Source: Octopus sinensis (lineage: Eukaryota). Taken from it: a stretch of DNA of 64,000 nt. The position numbers were made by a program, and so were the translations under genes. Each line of letters opens with the position of its first letter. Position 1 is the stretch's first letter. The notes below the pieces were generated by a model. That model searched no databases and was not told the DNA's origin. It saw only the letters and a program-made list of their open reading frames with translations. The stretch is taken from the NCBI RefSeq assembly GCF_006345805.1, contig NC_043014.1, positions 9,176,001-9,240,000 of the forward strand. The letters run 5' to 3'. Below, piece after piece: positions 63,670-64,000 of the stretch.

Positions 63670-64000
63670 CAGTCAACATTATATTATGGTGTTAGGAATG
63701 ATCACTAGTGATGGACACGTTATGACTCCATTCATCTTGCCACACGGCCCCAGAATCAACAGAGAGGCCTACATCAAGTGCTTGGAGGAGGTAGTGCTGT
63801 CCTGGGTCACGAGGGCGGTTGCTGGAAGACTCCATGTCTGGCATCAGGGTTCTGCATTATGTGAGACAAGCATGAGAAGCCAGTAATGGCTCTAAGACAA
63901 TCTCTGCGACCGCATCACCCACAAGATCTGGTCACCTAACTCTCTAGACAGCAATCCCTTCGAATATTATGTGTAGGGCGTAGTTGCGTGAGGGACCAAC
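63670..64000 (+). pseudogene. Tc1/mariner-superfamily (maT/DD37D-like) transposase remnant
   Basis: IMVLGMITSDGHVMTPFILPHGPRINREAYIKCLEEVVLSW..WHQGSA..SQ*WL*DN..KIWSPNSLDSNPFEYYV. Confidence 0.85.

Overview
This is AT-rich, microsatellite-saturated eukaryotic DNA. It is most consistent with an octopod cephalopod genome, judged from tRNA-derived SINE families I recall from Octopus and a metazoan 28S fragment; this is not database-verified. I found no confidently identifiable host gene, only a few weak exon candidates. The window is dominated by tRNA-derived SINEs (working names A, B, C and H2). It also holds LINE remnants (CR1/L2-group, RTE, R4/Dong-like), DNA transposon remnants (mariner, maT/Tc1, piggyBac), Helitron pieces and foldback elements. 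Nearly all supplied ORFs are repeat artefacts. The main discovery is a non-coding ~470-500 bp monomer at two diverged loci (33.8-34.8 kb and 56.3-57.0 kb). It occurs as partial tandem plus inverted copies, and its complete and inverted copies carry a type I hammerhead ribozyme fold with compensatory base changes between the loci. This is a retrozyme-like or non-autonomous Penelope-like family predicted to self-cleave and possibly circularise. A third, different hammerhead fold lies at 61.9 kb, and a minimal hammerhead-like motif family occurs in four copies. Other notable observations are a 28S rRNA 5' fragment inside a SINE, head/tail-swapped SINE mosaics bounded by TSDs, and SINE multimers joined at a fixed anticodon-loop position.
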